A stretch of DNA of 50,940 nt from a virus (taxonomy: Duplodnaviria > Caudoviricetes), in IMG/VR virus record IMGVR_UViG_3300042452_000717, positions 1 to 50,940 of that record. One strand, written 5' to 3'. The position numbers were made by a program, and so were the translations under genes. Under the pieces are notes generated by a model that was not told where the DNA came from, made no database searches, and saw only the letters and a program-made list of their open reading frames with translations. Numbering within the stretch: the first letter of the stretch is position 1; each line of letters starts with the position of its first letter. Of the stretch, positions 36,320 through 44,853 are shown piece by piece.

Positions 36320-37402
36320 ATGCCCGTCGTCACGACTCGAGCCACGTCCTCGTTTCCCGGCACGTCCGGCCGCGTCTACTACGGCGACAACGAGGACGAA
36401 CACCTGTTCGGGTGGAACTCGGCCAGCCCGCAGAAGGACATGCCGCTGATCGTCTACATCAAGCCGGGCGACACCTTCAACATGGGCGAGCGGATCATGG
36501 ACCCGCACACGTCCTCGAGTCCGGCGTTGGGCGACGCCATCGACACGATCTCCGACACGCTCGGCTGGCCCATCGTCAGCCTCGAGATCCGGCCGCCCTA
36601 CAGCTCCTCGTCGCCGCGCCGTGAGCCGTTCGGCAAGCGCCCCTGGCCGGGGCAGATCCTCTCCGTGATGAAGGCCATGCGCTTCCTGCGGCGCAACCGC
36701 AAGAACACCGCGCTCTGGGGCGCGAACGGCTCCATCTCGCCGCAGAACATCGTGCTCATGGGCTCGAGCTCCGGCAACACGCTGAGCCTGCTCGCCGCGT
36801 GCATCCCGCCCCAGGCGACGCCTTTCGGGCGTGGAACGCAGCTTGGCGCGCTCAACGACGACGAGGACCACCGCCCCGACGCCGTGGCCGGGTTCATCGG
36901 GCAAATCGACTGGACGCAGTTTGCGCTCGATCCAGCCCAAACCTCGGGGCCGTTCCGCTTCGACAAACGCCAGTATTTCTTCGGCCTCAACAGCACGCTG
37001 ACGAACACCGCGCTCGCCGAACAGGTGAAGCGCTCCGCGTCGCCGTGGTGGTGGCTCAACTACGTCGAGCCCGATCGCACGCGGTTCTGGGGCTCTTGGG
37101 GTCCGCGCCCCGAATCCGGCAAGGGCCGCGATCTCACGCCCGCCCTGTGGTCGCCCGGCACGATCCAGAATGTGGAACCAGCCGCGTTCTACGACCCGCA
37201 CCACTACTTCCAGGCCGATCCCTGGGACAAAGCGCTTCGTGCGCGCGGCGTCAAGGTCCGCACGATCTGGGGCGACAAGAACGACAACTCGCAGGGCGTC
37301 AACAACGACCTCGCCGCCGCTCAGGGTCTAAGCGAAAACGCCTTCAAGACCCAGGATCTCGTCCGCTGGGTCAACGCCCTCGGCTGGAAGCGGCTGCTCT
37401 AG
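36320..37402 (+). CDS. Alpha/beta-hydrolase (esterase/lipase-like, 360 aa)
   Basis: PLIVYI strand, KAMRFLRRN...ISPQNIVLMGSSSGNTLSLLAA nucleophile elbow (GxSxG at 36761-36775), candidate catalytic His in YDPHH. Confidence 0.75.
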   Translation: MPVVTTRATSSFPGTSGRVYYGDNEDEHLFGWNSASPQKDMPLIVYIKPGDTFNMGERIMDPHTSSSPALGDAIDTISDTLGWPIVSLEIRPPYSSSSPRREPFGKRPWPGQILSVMKAMRFLRRNRKNTALWGANGSISPQNIVLMGSSSGNTLSLLAACIPPQATPFGRGTQLGALNDDEDHRPDAVAGFIGQIDWTQFALDPAQTSGPFRFDKRQYFFGLNSTLTNTALAEQVKRSASPWWWLNYVEPDRTRFWGSWGPRPESGKGRDLTPALWSPGTIQNVEPAAFYDPHHYFQADPWDKALRARGVKVRTIWGDKNDNSQGVNNDLAAAQGLSENAFKTQDLVRWVNALGWKRLL

Positions 37403-37674
37403 CCGCGCGCCTGCGCCGCACGCTTGCGGTTGAAAGCGCGCGACGTGACGCGCCGGTTGCCCTTGTCGTGCGAGCCACCCTGCGCCAGCGGCTTGATGTG
37501 GTCGACCTCCCGAGGGTCGCCGACCTTGAGCCCAGCCTCACGCCGCGCGCGGTTGCGCTCGACGCGGTTCTTCACCTGCTCCGGGCGAGCGGCGTAGGCG
37601 GTCTCCTTCTTGTAATTGCGGCAGTCTCCAGAGCTGTCCCTGGTGCTGCCTTTTGCGCATCCACGCTTTGCCAT
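37399..37674 (-). CDS. Small HNH endonuclease
   Basis: EVDHIKPLAQGGSHDKGNRRVTSRAFNRKR; its stop overlaps the convergent gene's stop on CTAG. Confidence 0.88.
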   Translation of the reverse strand: MAKRGCAKGSTRDSSGDCRNYKKETAYAARPEQVKNRVERNRARREAGLKVGDPREVDHIKPLAQGGSHDKGNRRVTSRAFNRKRAAQARG

Positions 37675-37721
37675 TGGTCTCGTCTCCGGTTTGTTCGTCA
37701 GCCGCCGTGAAGCGCCTAGGG

Positions 37722-38087
37722 CTAGTTGGCTGAGTGGTCATTGAGGAGGTCCTCCATCGCTTTCTTCGCTTCGCCGGCCAACCGCGGGTCGCATAGTCCG
37801 GCGTTGGCAAGGTCGTGTTGCCAAGAAAGCTCATTGTTGGCGTAGCAGGCCCCTTGGAGTGCGGTGCGAAAAATGGCGGCGATGTCGCTTCCGTATAAAT
37901 AGCGGATGCTGCCATTTTTGCCTGGGACTTTGATCCGAAAGCTGATACCCGACTGATCGAACGCGGACACCAAGCCGGTCATCTCGTCGATGGTGAAAAC
38001 TGGTTCCAGAAGTTCCTCGCGGAGCCGATTGACCACGGTGAGGCGTCTACGCAGTTCGGCGATTTTCGCTTCTTTGATGGGGTCCAT
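37722..38087 (-). CDS. Hypothetical protein (121 aa), lower GC
   Basis: MDPIKEAKIAELRRR...; fills the gap between neighbouring minus-strand genes. Confidence 0.65.
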   Translation of the reverse strand: MDPIKEAKIAELRRRLTVVNRLREELLEPVFTIDEMTGLVSAFDQSGISFRIKVPGKNGSIRYLYGSDIAAIFRTALQGACYANNELSWQHDLANAGLCDPRLAGEAKKAMEDLLNDHSAN

Positions 38088-38104
38088 GTGATTCGTGCTC
38101 CTGC

Positions 38105-39268
38105 TCACTTCACCCAGAAGAAGCCCTGACCGATCGGCGCGGTCATGGACGGGTCGAGCTTCCAGTCGCTCCCGTTCCAGCGGTAGCACTGGATCCAGCC
38201 GTTGCCGGTGCAGTTCGTGATCTCGATGCGCTCGCCGTCGCCGACACGCAGGGCAAGGATGCCGCTCTCCAGGTGTAGCCCCTCGATGTCGACGCTGGCG
38301 GGGCCGGTGCGCGTCGGCTCCTTGCGAGCGTAGTCGAACAGTTGAACCGCCGGCCGGTCGGGGTTGCGCATCTGCACCCAACCGTCGCGCCAAGTGAAGC
38401 TGCGGCAGAACTCAATGCAGACGCCGCCGAAGGAGTCGAAGGTCTTGCCGTTCTGCACCTTCACGGACTGCTGCTGGATCGTGCGCACGGCCACCTTGTC
38501 GAACACGACATCGGTGAGCGGCCCCTGGTCCTTGATCGAGATGGACGAGCCCGCGCGCCCGATGCCGCGCTTCTGGCCGCACTCGCTGACGTAGACGTTG
38601 CGCAGCACGATCTGGCGCGCAGCGTTCCACAGCGGGTCGGAGCGGTTGCCGTTGTGTCTGAGTTGGATGCCCTGCGCGCCCGCATCCTCGAACCAGCAGT
38701 TCTGAATCGTCAAGTTGCCGAGCGTCGACGAATAGAGGCAGTGCTCCCAGTACGGCCCGCGGATGATGCAGCGGTTGATGAGCCCGTCGAGCTTGTACGG
38801 TCGGAACGCCCACTTGCTCTGCGTGAAGTTGTCGCTGCCGTTGATGCAGTTGACCTCGACATCCTGAATCGTGGTCCGAGCGTGCGGCTGGTTGAAGCTG
38901 ACCCACGCACCCCAGTAGCCCGTGTAGTTGATCCGCACGCGCTCGAGGCGCAGCCCGTTAGCGCCAGCCTTCGGGCTCGAGTACGAGCCCAGCACCTTCG
39001 TCGGCTCGCGCAGCGTCGGCGGTTCCCACACGGGCAGCCACGCAGGCGCCTGCGCCATCGCTCGAGCAATCGCCTGCGGCGTGTCGGAGGGCTCGACCTC
39101 AAGCTCCTCGACGGGGAAGTCGTACGGCGGCGGCTCCTCGTGGCTCGACTCGATGACCGATCCCGGCGGCTCTCCCGCGGTGTTGATGTCCTTCGGCGTT
39201 CCGCAGCCGGCGAGGAAAAGTGATAGGGACGCGAGCAGGTACAGCAGCAGGTGGGGTTTGTGCTTCAT
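38105..39268 (-). CDS. Lipoprotein with right-handed parallel beta-helix (pectin-lyase-like) domain
   Basis: LLASLSLFLAGC lipobox; Pro/Glu linker; repeats such as GLINRCIIRG, NLTIQNCWFEDAGAQGIQL, IVLRNVYVSECG, IEITNCTGNG. Confidence 0.75.
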   Translation of the reverse strand: MKHKPHLLLYLLASLSLFLAGCGTPKDINTAGEPPGSVIESSHEEPPPYDFPVEELEVEPSDTPQAIARAMAQAPAWLPVWEPPTLREPTKVLGSYSSPKAGANGLRLERVRINYTGYWGAWVSFNQPHARTTIQDVEVNCINGSDNFTQSKWAFRPYKLDGLINRCIIRGPYWEHCLYSSTLGNLTIQNCWFEDAGAQGIQLRHNGNRSDPLWNAARQIVLRNVYVSECGQKRGIGRAGSSISIKDQGPLTDVVFDKVAVRTIQQQSVKVQNGKTFDSFGGVCIEFCRSFTWRDGWVQMRNPDRPAVQLFDYARKEPTRTGPASVDIEGLHLESGILALRVGDGERIEITNCTGNGWIQCYRWNGSDWKLDPSMTAPIGQGFFWVK

Positions 39269-39277
39269 GGGGGGGGG

Positions 39278-39715
39278 TCAGTCTAGTTCCTGGATTTCGA
39301 CCTCGACGCGCTCGGGCTCGCCGAACTCTTTGGTCAGGTGCTCGCTCACGATCTGCGCGTCGTCTCGCCACACGATACCAGTGAGCGCATCCTCCACGGC
39401 GCGGGCCAACTTGAGCACGTCCGGCCGGGTCGTCGGGTACGGCGGCGCCGAGGAGCGCAGGCCCTTCTTGCCGTAGTGCCCAACGGGACGCGCCCTGATG
39501 AAGCGCAGCGTGAACATGAGCGGACCCTCAAGCAGGGCCGGCGACGTGCGAGCGGAGAGCGCGCAGGCGGCGACGATGGCCTTCCACGGCTTCGCCTTCG
39601 CGTTCGCGTCCACAAGCTGCACGCCGAGCTTGCCGTTGGCCCGGTGGAACGCAAAGCCCTTCTTCGAGCCTCCGGGGGCGGCGCGGCCGGGGACAGTGAA
39701 GCGGAGGATGCTCAC
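39278..39715 (-). CDS. rusA: RusA-family Holliday junction resolvase
   Basis: FTVPGRAAPGGSKK...RPDVLKLARAVEDALTGIVWRDDAQIV. Confidence 0.92.
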   Translation of the reverse strand: MSILRFTVPGRAAPGGSKKGFAFHRANGKLGVQLVDANAKAKPWKAIVAACALSARTSPALLEGPLMFTLRFIRARPVGHYGKKGLRSSAPPYPTTRPDVLKLARAVEDALTGIVWRDDAQIVSEHLTKEFGEPERVEVEIQELD

Positions 39716-40020
39716 GCCCCACCTCGCGCGCGGATGGCCTTCTCGATCTGTTCGGCCATGAACGCAAAGTTGGCAAACGTCTCCGGCCCGACATCGCCGA
39801 CCGGATCACCTTCGTCTTCTTCCTGCACGGCACTCGCGTTGTGGTTGACAGCAGCGTCGCGCGCCACATTCGCGCACAGCTCGCGCTCCTCAGCGATGGC
39901 TGCGGAGATGGCTTCGACTAGCACGCCATGCGACGGCCACGAGTCCGTGGTGTACTCGCGCACGATCTCCCGCGCCCGCTCCAAGTCGCGCGCCGCCTGC
40001 TCGATTCGGTCGTGTGTCAT
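39712..40020 (-). CDS. Hypothetical protein (102 aa)
   Basis: Coupled to rusA; AEERELCANVA...IEKAIRARG pattern common in small phage ORFs. Confidence 0.75.
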   Translation of the reverse strand: MTHDRIEQAARDLERAREIVREYTTDSWPSHGVLVEAISAAIAEERELCANVARDAAVNHNASAVQEEDEGDPVGDVGPETFANFAFMAEQIEKAIRARGGA

Positions 40021-40220
40021 TGGTTCCTCCCGTGTTTCTTCGCGTGCCGTCGCCGCTTGCTGAGATTACTCACGTTCATCAGACACTCCTCCAGCATCGC
40101 CGACACGTCAGCCACGCCGAGTACCCGGTGCGGTGCCACACTTGGCGCGGCCCCTGGAGGTTGGAGGTTGGCCGCCAGTCGTGCATCCCGATCCAGCACG
40201 CCAGCTTCCCGGCCCAGATC

Positions 40221-40520
40221 CTAAGCACGGCCACCACCAACGTCCCCCTGCCCGTACATCTCGTCGGTCGTGGCCTCGGGCTCGGTGCGCAGCGTGCGCA
40301 TCGTCAGGCGCGTGTCGATCACGATGGGGCGCTGGCTCGCGTCCTTGGTGTCCAGTAGCTCGTCCTGCGCGCGCTTGTACCCGCGTGCTTCGGCGGCGCG
40401 AAGGGCGGATGCGACACGCGACTCAAGATCGCGCGGCGTTGCCTGCACGGGGTCGTCTTGCTCCTCCCACGCGCGCAGCACTCGCCGCGCCTCCACGTCC
40501 GCCCAGTCCCTAGCGGGCAT
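40221..40520 (-). CDS. Hypothetical protein (99 aa)
   Basis: Part of the packed minus-strand cluster. Confidence 0.65.
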   Translation of the reverse strand: MPARDWADVEARRVLRAWEEQDDPVQATPRDLESRVASALRAAEARGYKRAQDELLDTKDASQRPIVIDTRLTMRTLRTEPEATTDEMYGQGDVGGGRA

Positions 40521-40707
40521 TGTGGGGCTCCTTCGCTGCGAGGGCGCGCTCTGCGTAGATTCGCCGGTTGCGCTCGTTGTTGAGTTCGATGCCGACCTCC
40601 ATCAGCGTGCAGATGCAGTCGTCGTAGCGCCGTTGTTGCCACCACGGGTTGAGTCGGCGCACGAACGCGCGCAGTCGGTTCCACTCGTACTTGATGGCGT
40701 CCTTCAT
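40510..40707 (-). CDS. Hypothetical protein (65 aa)
   Basis: ATGA overlap with the upstream gene; AAGGAG RBS. Confidence 0.65.
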   Translation of the reverse strand: MKDAIKYEWNRLRAFVRRLNPWWQQRRYDDCICTLMEVGIELNNERNRRIYAERALAAKEPHNAR

Positions 40708-41105
40708 TTGATCTCCTTCGCTGCGGCGGGGGCGAGCGCGGCGCGGGCGTAATCGAGTGCTGCATCGGCAAACCGTGGATCGCCGCGAAAGTCTTGCGGT
40801 CGCAGCCGCTCAAGCAGCCCGCTGAGCTCCGCCCGCAGCCGCTTGACCTCGGCCTCGGACTTCTCGCGCATGTGCTGCGCGTGAATCAACTGCGTCGCCG
40901 TCGAAGTGCCGCGATGCCGTTGGTCGCCTCCTGGGTTGCGCGCCGCGTCCTCGTACAGCCGCACCTTCTCGCGTAGTTCCTCCCGCTCACCGGCGAGGTC
41001 GAGGAGGGCGACCAGTTCGCCCGGCGTGATGCTGCACTTGAACTTCATTCTCGCGCACTCCTTGGCGTAATTCCGCAGCGCGCCCAGGTCCAGTTCGGTG
41101 CTCAC
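40704..41105 (-). CDS. Hypothetical protein (133 aa)
   Basis: GTGA overlap; coiled-coil-like. Confidence 0.7.
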   Translation of the reverse strand: MSTELDLGALRNYAKECARMKFKCSITPGELVALLDLAGEREELREKVRLYEDAARNPGGDQRHRGTSTATQLIHAQHMREKSEAEVKRLRAELSGLLERLRPQDFRGDPRFADAALDYARAALAPAAAKEIK

Positions 41106-41461
41106 TTGATCTTCTCCATTTGCTCGGGTGTGGGGTCAGGGAGGGCGCGGATCTCGTCGCGGACGATCATGGAGTCATTCGGGCGATGCGAGCCGTCCAC
41201 GCTGTCTTGCTCGCAGTCGGAGTAGTTGTCCGCGATGCGCGCCGCCGCCTCCACGCCAGCGCGGTACGCGGCGAGCTTGAGGGCGGTGAGGTATTCGGCG
41301 CGCTCTTTGACGCGACCCGCGTGGGCGTTCTTGATTCGACGCTCAAGAGCCTCGGGGTCGTGGTTGCCGCAGTACCCGTTGGACTTGGCGCGCTTCTGGC
41401 ACGGATAGCCGGAGTAGCGCCCAAGTGACGTAGCGACCATCGCTTTGCACCGCTCGCTCAC
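41102..41461 (-). CDS. Hypothetical protein with CCCH-type Zn finger (119 aa)
   Basis: GTG at 41461; RCKAMV...YPCQKRAKSNGYCGNH. Confidence 0.7.
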   Translation of the reverse strand: MSERCKAMVATSLGRYSGYPCQKRAKSNGYCGNHDPEALERRIKNAHAGRVKERAEYLTALKLAAYRAGVEAAARIADNYSDCEQDSVDGSHRPNDSMIVRDEIRALPDPTPEQMEKIK

Positions 41462-41688
41462 TTGACCTCCTCGCCGCGCTCTAGGGCGCGAAGTTTGTCG
41501 AAAAGCACACGGTCGTACCCCATCGGCAAGAACTTGTCCGCGTAGAGGCACGCCGCCTCATGCGCCTCGACCGCCGCGTCCACGATCGAGCGGGCGCGGG
41601 CGTAGCGTTCTTTTGTCACGTTGCGGCCATCATCTTCCCCCGTGCAAACGATCTCCACGGCCTCTCGCAGTTGCATCGGGCTAGCCAC
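41458..41688 (-). CDS. Hypothetical protein (76 aa)
   Basis: Overlap-coupled to both neighbours. Confidence 0.65.
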   Translation of the reverse strand: MASPMQLREAVEIVCTGEDDGRNVTKERYARARSIVDAAVEAHEAACLYADKFLPMGYDRVLFDKLRALERGEEVK

Positions 41689-41902
41689 GGCTCGCCTCCC
41701 TCACTTGCTCCTCGATCTTGCGCTCGCACGCCGCGTAGACCCACTCGGGCAGCGAGCGGTCGTCAGTCGTCACGAGCGTGGACGCCACCACGACATCGCC
41801 GCCGTCGTTGATGTGCGCGTGGACCGTGACCCCGTCGAGCTTGAACTCGCGCAGGGTCCACTTGATCCCGGTGCGCGCGTCGATGTGGACGTAGCTACTC
41901 AC
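41681..41902 (-). CDS. Hypothetical protein (73 aa)
   Basis: Overlap-coupled; good codon usage. Confidence 0.65.
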   Translation of the reverse strand: MSSYVHIDARTGIKWTLREFKLDGVTVHAHINDGGDVVVASTLVTTDDRSLPEWVYAACERKIEEQVREASRG

Positions 41903-42200
41903 GGCAAGCCTCCAGCGCGTCCAGCGCCGCCCAAAGTCGCTTGCTCGCGGTCACGACGGCTTGTCCGGTCGGGGCCTCCCGCCACTCCTTCGCCGCTGCG
42001 CACACTTCGAGCATGGCGGGCGCGGCGTTGCGGAGGGGAGCGACAAGCGCGAGGTCGACTGTGTTTCCGTCCAGCACGCGAACGGGGTACGGGCCAGTTT
42101 CGGGGGCGCACGCTTCAACCGCGATTGACCCGTCGTAGACGAACCACTCGCCCTTCGTCGCCTGCGCTTCGAGCGCCTTCAAGTGTGCGATGTCAGCCAC
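41895..42200 (-). CDS. Ead/Ea22-like small protein (101 aa)
   Basis: GTG at 42200; LKALEAQATKGEW...DLALVAPLRNAAPAML resembles the Ead/Ea22 N-terminal pattern. Confidence 0.55.
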   Translation of the reverse strand: MADIAHLKALEAQATKGEWFVYDGSIAVEACAPETGPYPVRVLDGNTVDLALVAPLRNAAPAMLEVCAAAKEWREAPTGQAVVTASKRLWAALDALEACRE

Positions 42201-42411
42201 GGTCGCGGTCCTCCTCTTCGATGAGTTCTGCGTGCGCCTCGTGCACTTCTGCGTCGGAGCACTCGTCGCTGCACTGATGGCACAGCGAGACGTGCGCCCT
42301 TCGCAGCGCCTTCTCGACAGCTTCCTCCTCGGTCGCGGCCTCGAACTCGCCGAGGTACTTCGATCCAATCACGGTCCCCACGACGGACCACTTGCGCTTC
42401 TTGTCAGCCAC
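42193..42411 (-). CDS. Small acidic hypothetical protein (72 aa)
   Basis: GTG at 42411; EAATEEEAVEKA motif and LCHQC. Confidence 0.65.
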   Translation of the reverse strand: MADKKRKWSVVGTVIGSKYLGEFEAATEEEAVEKALRRAHVSLCHQCSDECSDAEVHEAHAELIEEEDRDRG

Positions 42412-42733
42412 GTCTCGCCTCCGCAAGCGCGCGAAGGGCGGCGTCGAGGTCGAGCATGGGCGTAAGGGCCACGCCGCTCATGACCCCCTTCGCCGCCTCG
42501 CACACCTCGTGCATCGCCGCGAGAACTTCCGCGCTCGGGATCGGGTGCACGCTGCGCTCGTAGTGCTCCAGTTGCGCGTCAGACTTCAACTCCGTTGGGT
42601 ACAGGTCCACGAATCCAGGCGTGGGCACCTTGGGGCGCACCCAGTACCACGCCTCCTCGTGCGCCGGGTCGTAGTCCGCCCCCTCGCGCGGCGGCTCGCT
42701 CGTCCACGCGGTCGCGGCGTTGTGCTTGCTCAC
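42404..42733 (-). CDS. Hypothetical protein (109 aa)
   Basis: GTG at 42733; WTSEPPREG...WYWVR motif common in phage small ORFs. Confidence 0.65.
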   Translation of the reverse strand: MSKHNAATAWTSEPPREGADYDPAHEEAWYWVRPKVPTPGFVDLYPTELKSDAQLEHYERSVHPIPSAEVLAAMHEVCEAAKGVMSGVALTPMLDLDAALRALAEARRG

Positions 42734-43536
42734 GCCCCACGCTCCACGGTCTTGAGCACCGGCAGGGCGACGCGGTGGGCGCGGATAACACCGGTACACC
42801 GGAGCGCTCGCTCCGCGCTGTCGAAGCCGACAGTCATGCCGTCCATGCGCTCGGCTGCCCACGTCTCCAGCACGCGCGCGGGCGGCTGCGAGGACACGGG
42901 CGCGCTCGGCTCGCCGCGTTGGCGGGCGGTGTAGATCTCCTGCCACCTCTCGCGGATCGGCTCGAAGTCTGAGTAGCTGACGCGAGCGTCCGCAAGCGCC
43001 TCTGCGCACGCCACCGCAGCGCGCGTGTACTCGTCGGGCCGCAGCGCCTCGTTGTGCGCCTTCTTCTCCTCGGCCAGCGCGCGCGTCAACTCTCCGATCT
43101 GCGCACGGTAGCTGCGCTGCGCCGCGTTCAGCTCGTTTGCGTTCTGCGTCGCCAGCTCGCGCATCGTTTCCGCCTCGCGCTTGGCCGCGTCGCGCTCGCG
43201 CTGAGCGCGGTCGCGGCTCTCGTTCGCCAGATCCAGCGCCGAATGAGTCAAGTCGAGCGCTCGCTGAGTTTGGTCGCGCGCATCACGCGCAACAGCGAGT
43301 GCAGACCGCGCCTCGTCCCGCTCCTTCTCGGCGGCGGCGAGCTTGGCGCGCGTTTCTTCGTGGCACGCTGGGCAGTCCCAGAGAATGAGCGGCAGCGTTT
43401 TGTGCCCTCGGTTGCAGCGGTCGTTGTTGAGCCGCTGCTGGGCCTCGGCTAGCTGCGCACGCAATCGCGCCTCGAGGGAGACGCCGTCACGCACTTGGTT
43501 GCGTAGTGCTTGGATTTCCAGTTGCTGCTCGTTCAT
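42730..43536 (-). CDS. Coiled-coil protein with CxxxH/CxxC motif (268 aa)
   Basis: ATG at 43536; CNRGH...WDCPAC; long ERDEAR-type heptads. Confidence 0.75.
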   Translation of the reverse strand: MNEQQLEIQALRNQVRDGVSLEARLRAQLAEAQQRLNNDRCNRGHKTLPLILWDCPACHEETRAKLAAAEKERDEARSALAVARDARDQTQRALDLTHSALDLANESRDRAQRERDAAKREAETMRELATQNANELNAAQRSYRAQIGELTRALAEEKKAHNEALRPDEYTRAAVACAEALADARVSYSDFEPIRERWQEIYTARQRGEPSAPVSSQPPARVLETWAAERMDGMTVGFDSAERALRCTGVIRAHRVALPVLKTVERGA

Positions 43537-43654
43537 GGCTCGGGTGTGTGTTGCGGTGAGTGATAGAAAGAAGCGGCCCGCGCGGAAGATGAACAACGGC
43601 TAGAGCGCCGCGCGAGCCAACCCGTGCCCTAGCCTGCTCGGGTGTACGTGAGTC

Positions 43655-44824
43655 CTAGCCCTTCTCGGCCGTGTCCAAGCCAGCGGCGCGCATCAAAGCG
43701 AACCGCTTTTCCATCAGGGCGAGGCACCAGTCCGCGGCAAGCGCTCCGCGCGGAATCGCGTGCGCCTCGAACTTCTTGCTGACGGCGAACTGCACGGCTT
43801 TCTGGAGCAACGTGTGCCGGCCGCCGCCTTCGCCGCCCATGATCGCCTGCGTCGGCGTGTACGCCTTGAGCGGGCCGTTCGTCCACACGTTCTCGCCGGC
43901 CACGTCCGAGAAGCTGTCGAGCCGCGCCTTGAGTTGGAGCTCGAGCCCGTCGGCGTCGTTCACGTCCACGCCGCCCATGCTCGGGTCGTACCAGTTGGAC
44001 GGATGGCTCAGCGGGTGGGCCGTCTGCGTGACCTGCTCCACTTCCGGCGCCGGCTCGGGCTGCTGCTGCTGCGGAGCCTCGGCGAAGGGATCTTCCTCCT
44101 CCTGCGGCTGCGCGTCCTGCACGATCTCCGCCACACGCGGCTCCGTGGGCGTCGGCGCAGCGGGCGCAGCCTGGGACTTCCCAGGAGCTTGAGCGCCGAG
44201 CGCCTTGCGGGCGTGCTCCTTGACCGCCTCGATGGTCCGCGGGCGCTCGTTCTGTGCGGGCTGGCCCTGCTGCGGCGCGCGCTCGGCCTGGATCTGGTCG
44301 AACTCGTCGTTCACATAGAGGCCCATGCACACGTCCGGCCACAACTCGCGGGCAAGCCGCGCCGAAGCACGCGCCATGAGCATCGCGCGCTTGTTCATCT
44401 TCCAGTTCCCCTTGCCCAGAAGCCCAGCCTCGCGCGCCTCGTCGATCGTGTACGCGATGTCGAGCACTTCGCCCGTGTCCGAGCGCTTGCCTTCGTAGGC
44501 CGCCTCGGTGTCGTTCACGCGGATGAGCTTGAAGTGCGTGCATTTGCCCGAACTGCGCACGATCGCGGTGAGCAAGTCCGACGACATGCCGACTTTGCCG
44601 TCGATGACGTGCATCTCAGCCAGAGCCATCATCAGCCCGATGCCCAACTCGTGGGCGCGCATCCCAACGAGGAAGATGTTGCTCGGCTTGTTGCGGTACG
44701 CAGTGGGGACAAGATCCGACGCTGCGAGCGTGCTCGCCATGCGCATCAGTTCTTCGGGATCGCGCGCCGTGAGTCCGGCGGTGCGATTGGTGGCGGGAAC
44801 AGTGAGAGCCTGCTGCTTTTCCAT
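43655..44824 (-). CDS. recT: RecT/Bet-like single-strand annealing protein (389 aa)
   Basis: LAASDLVPTAYRNKPSNI...ELGIGLMMALAEMHVIDGK...EAREAGL...NWK...ML.ARA...ARELWPD..MGLY; adjacent to the YqaJ exonuclease. Confidence 0.8.
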   Translation of the reverse strand: MEKQQALTVPATNRTAGLTARDPEELMRMASTLAASDLVPTAYRNKPSNIFLVGMRAHELGIGLMMALAEMHVIDGKVGMSSDLLTAIVRSSGKCTHFKLIRVNDTEAAYEGKRSDTGEVLDIAYTIDEAREAGLLGKGNWKMNKRAMLMARASARLARELWPDVCMGLYVNDEFDQIQAERAPQQGQPAQNERPRTIEAVKEHARKALGAQAPGKSQAAPAAPTPTEPRVAEIVQDAQPQEEEDPFAEAPQQQQPEPAPEVEQVTQTAHPLSHPSNWYDPSMGGVDVNDADGLELQLKARLDSFSDVAGENVWTNGPLKAYTPTQAIMGGEGGGRHTLLQKAVQFAVSKKFEAHAIPRGALAADWCLALMEKRFALMRAAGLDTAEKG

Positions 44825-44853
44825 CTTGCGGTGTTGTGAGTTGTGAGAGGTAG

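Noticed and set aside
40017-40199. 60-aa ORF in the small-gene cluster
   Set aside because: Start uncertain and composition unconvincing; a shorter peptide may exist but is not supportable.
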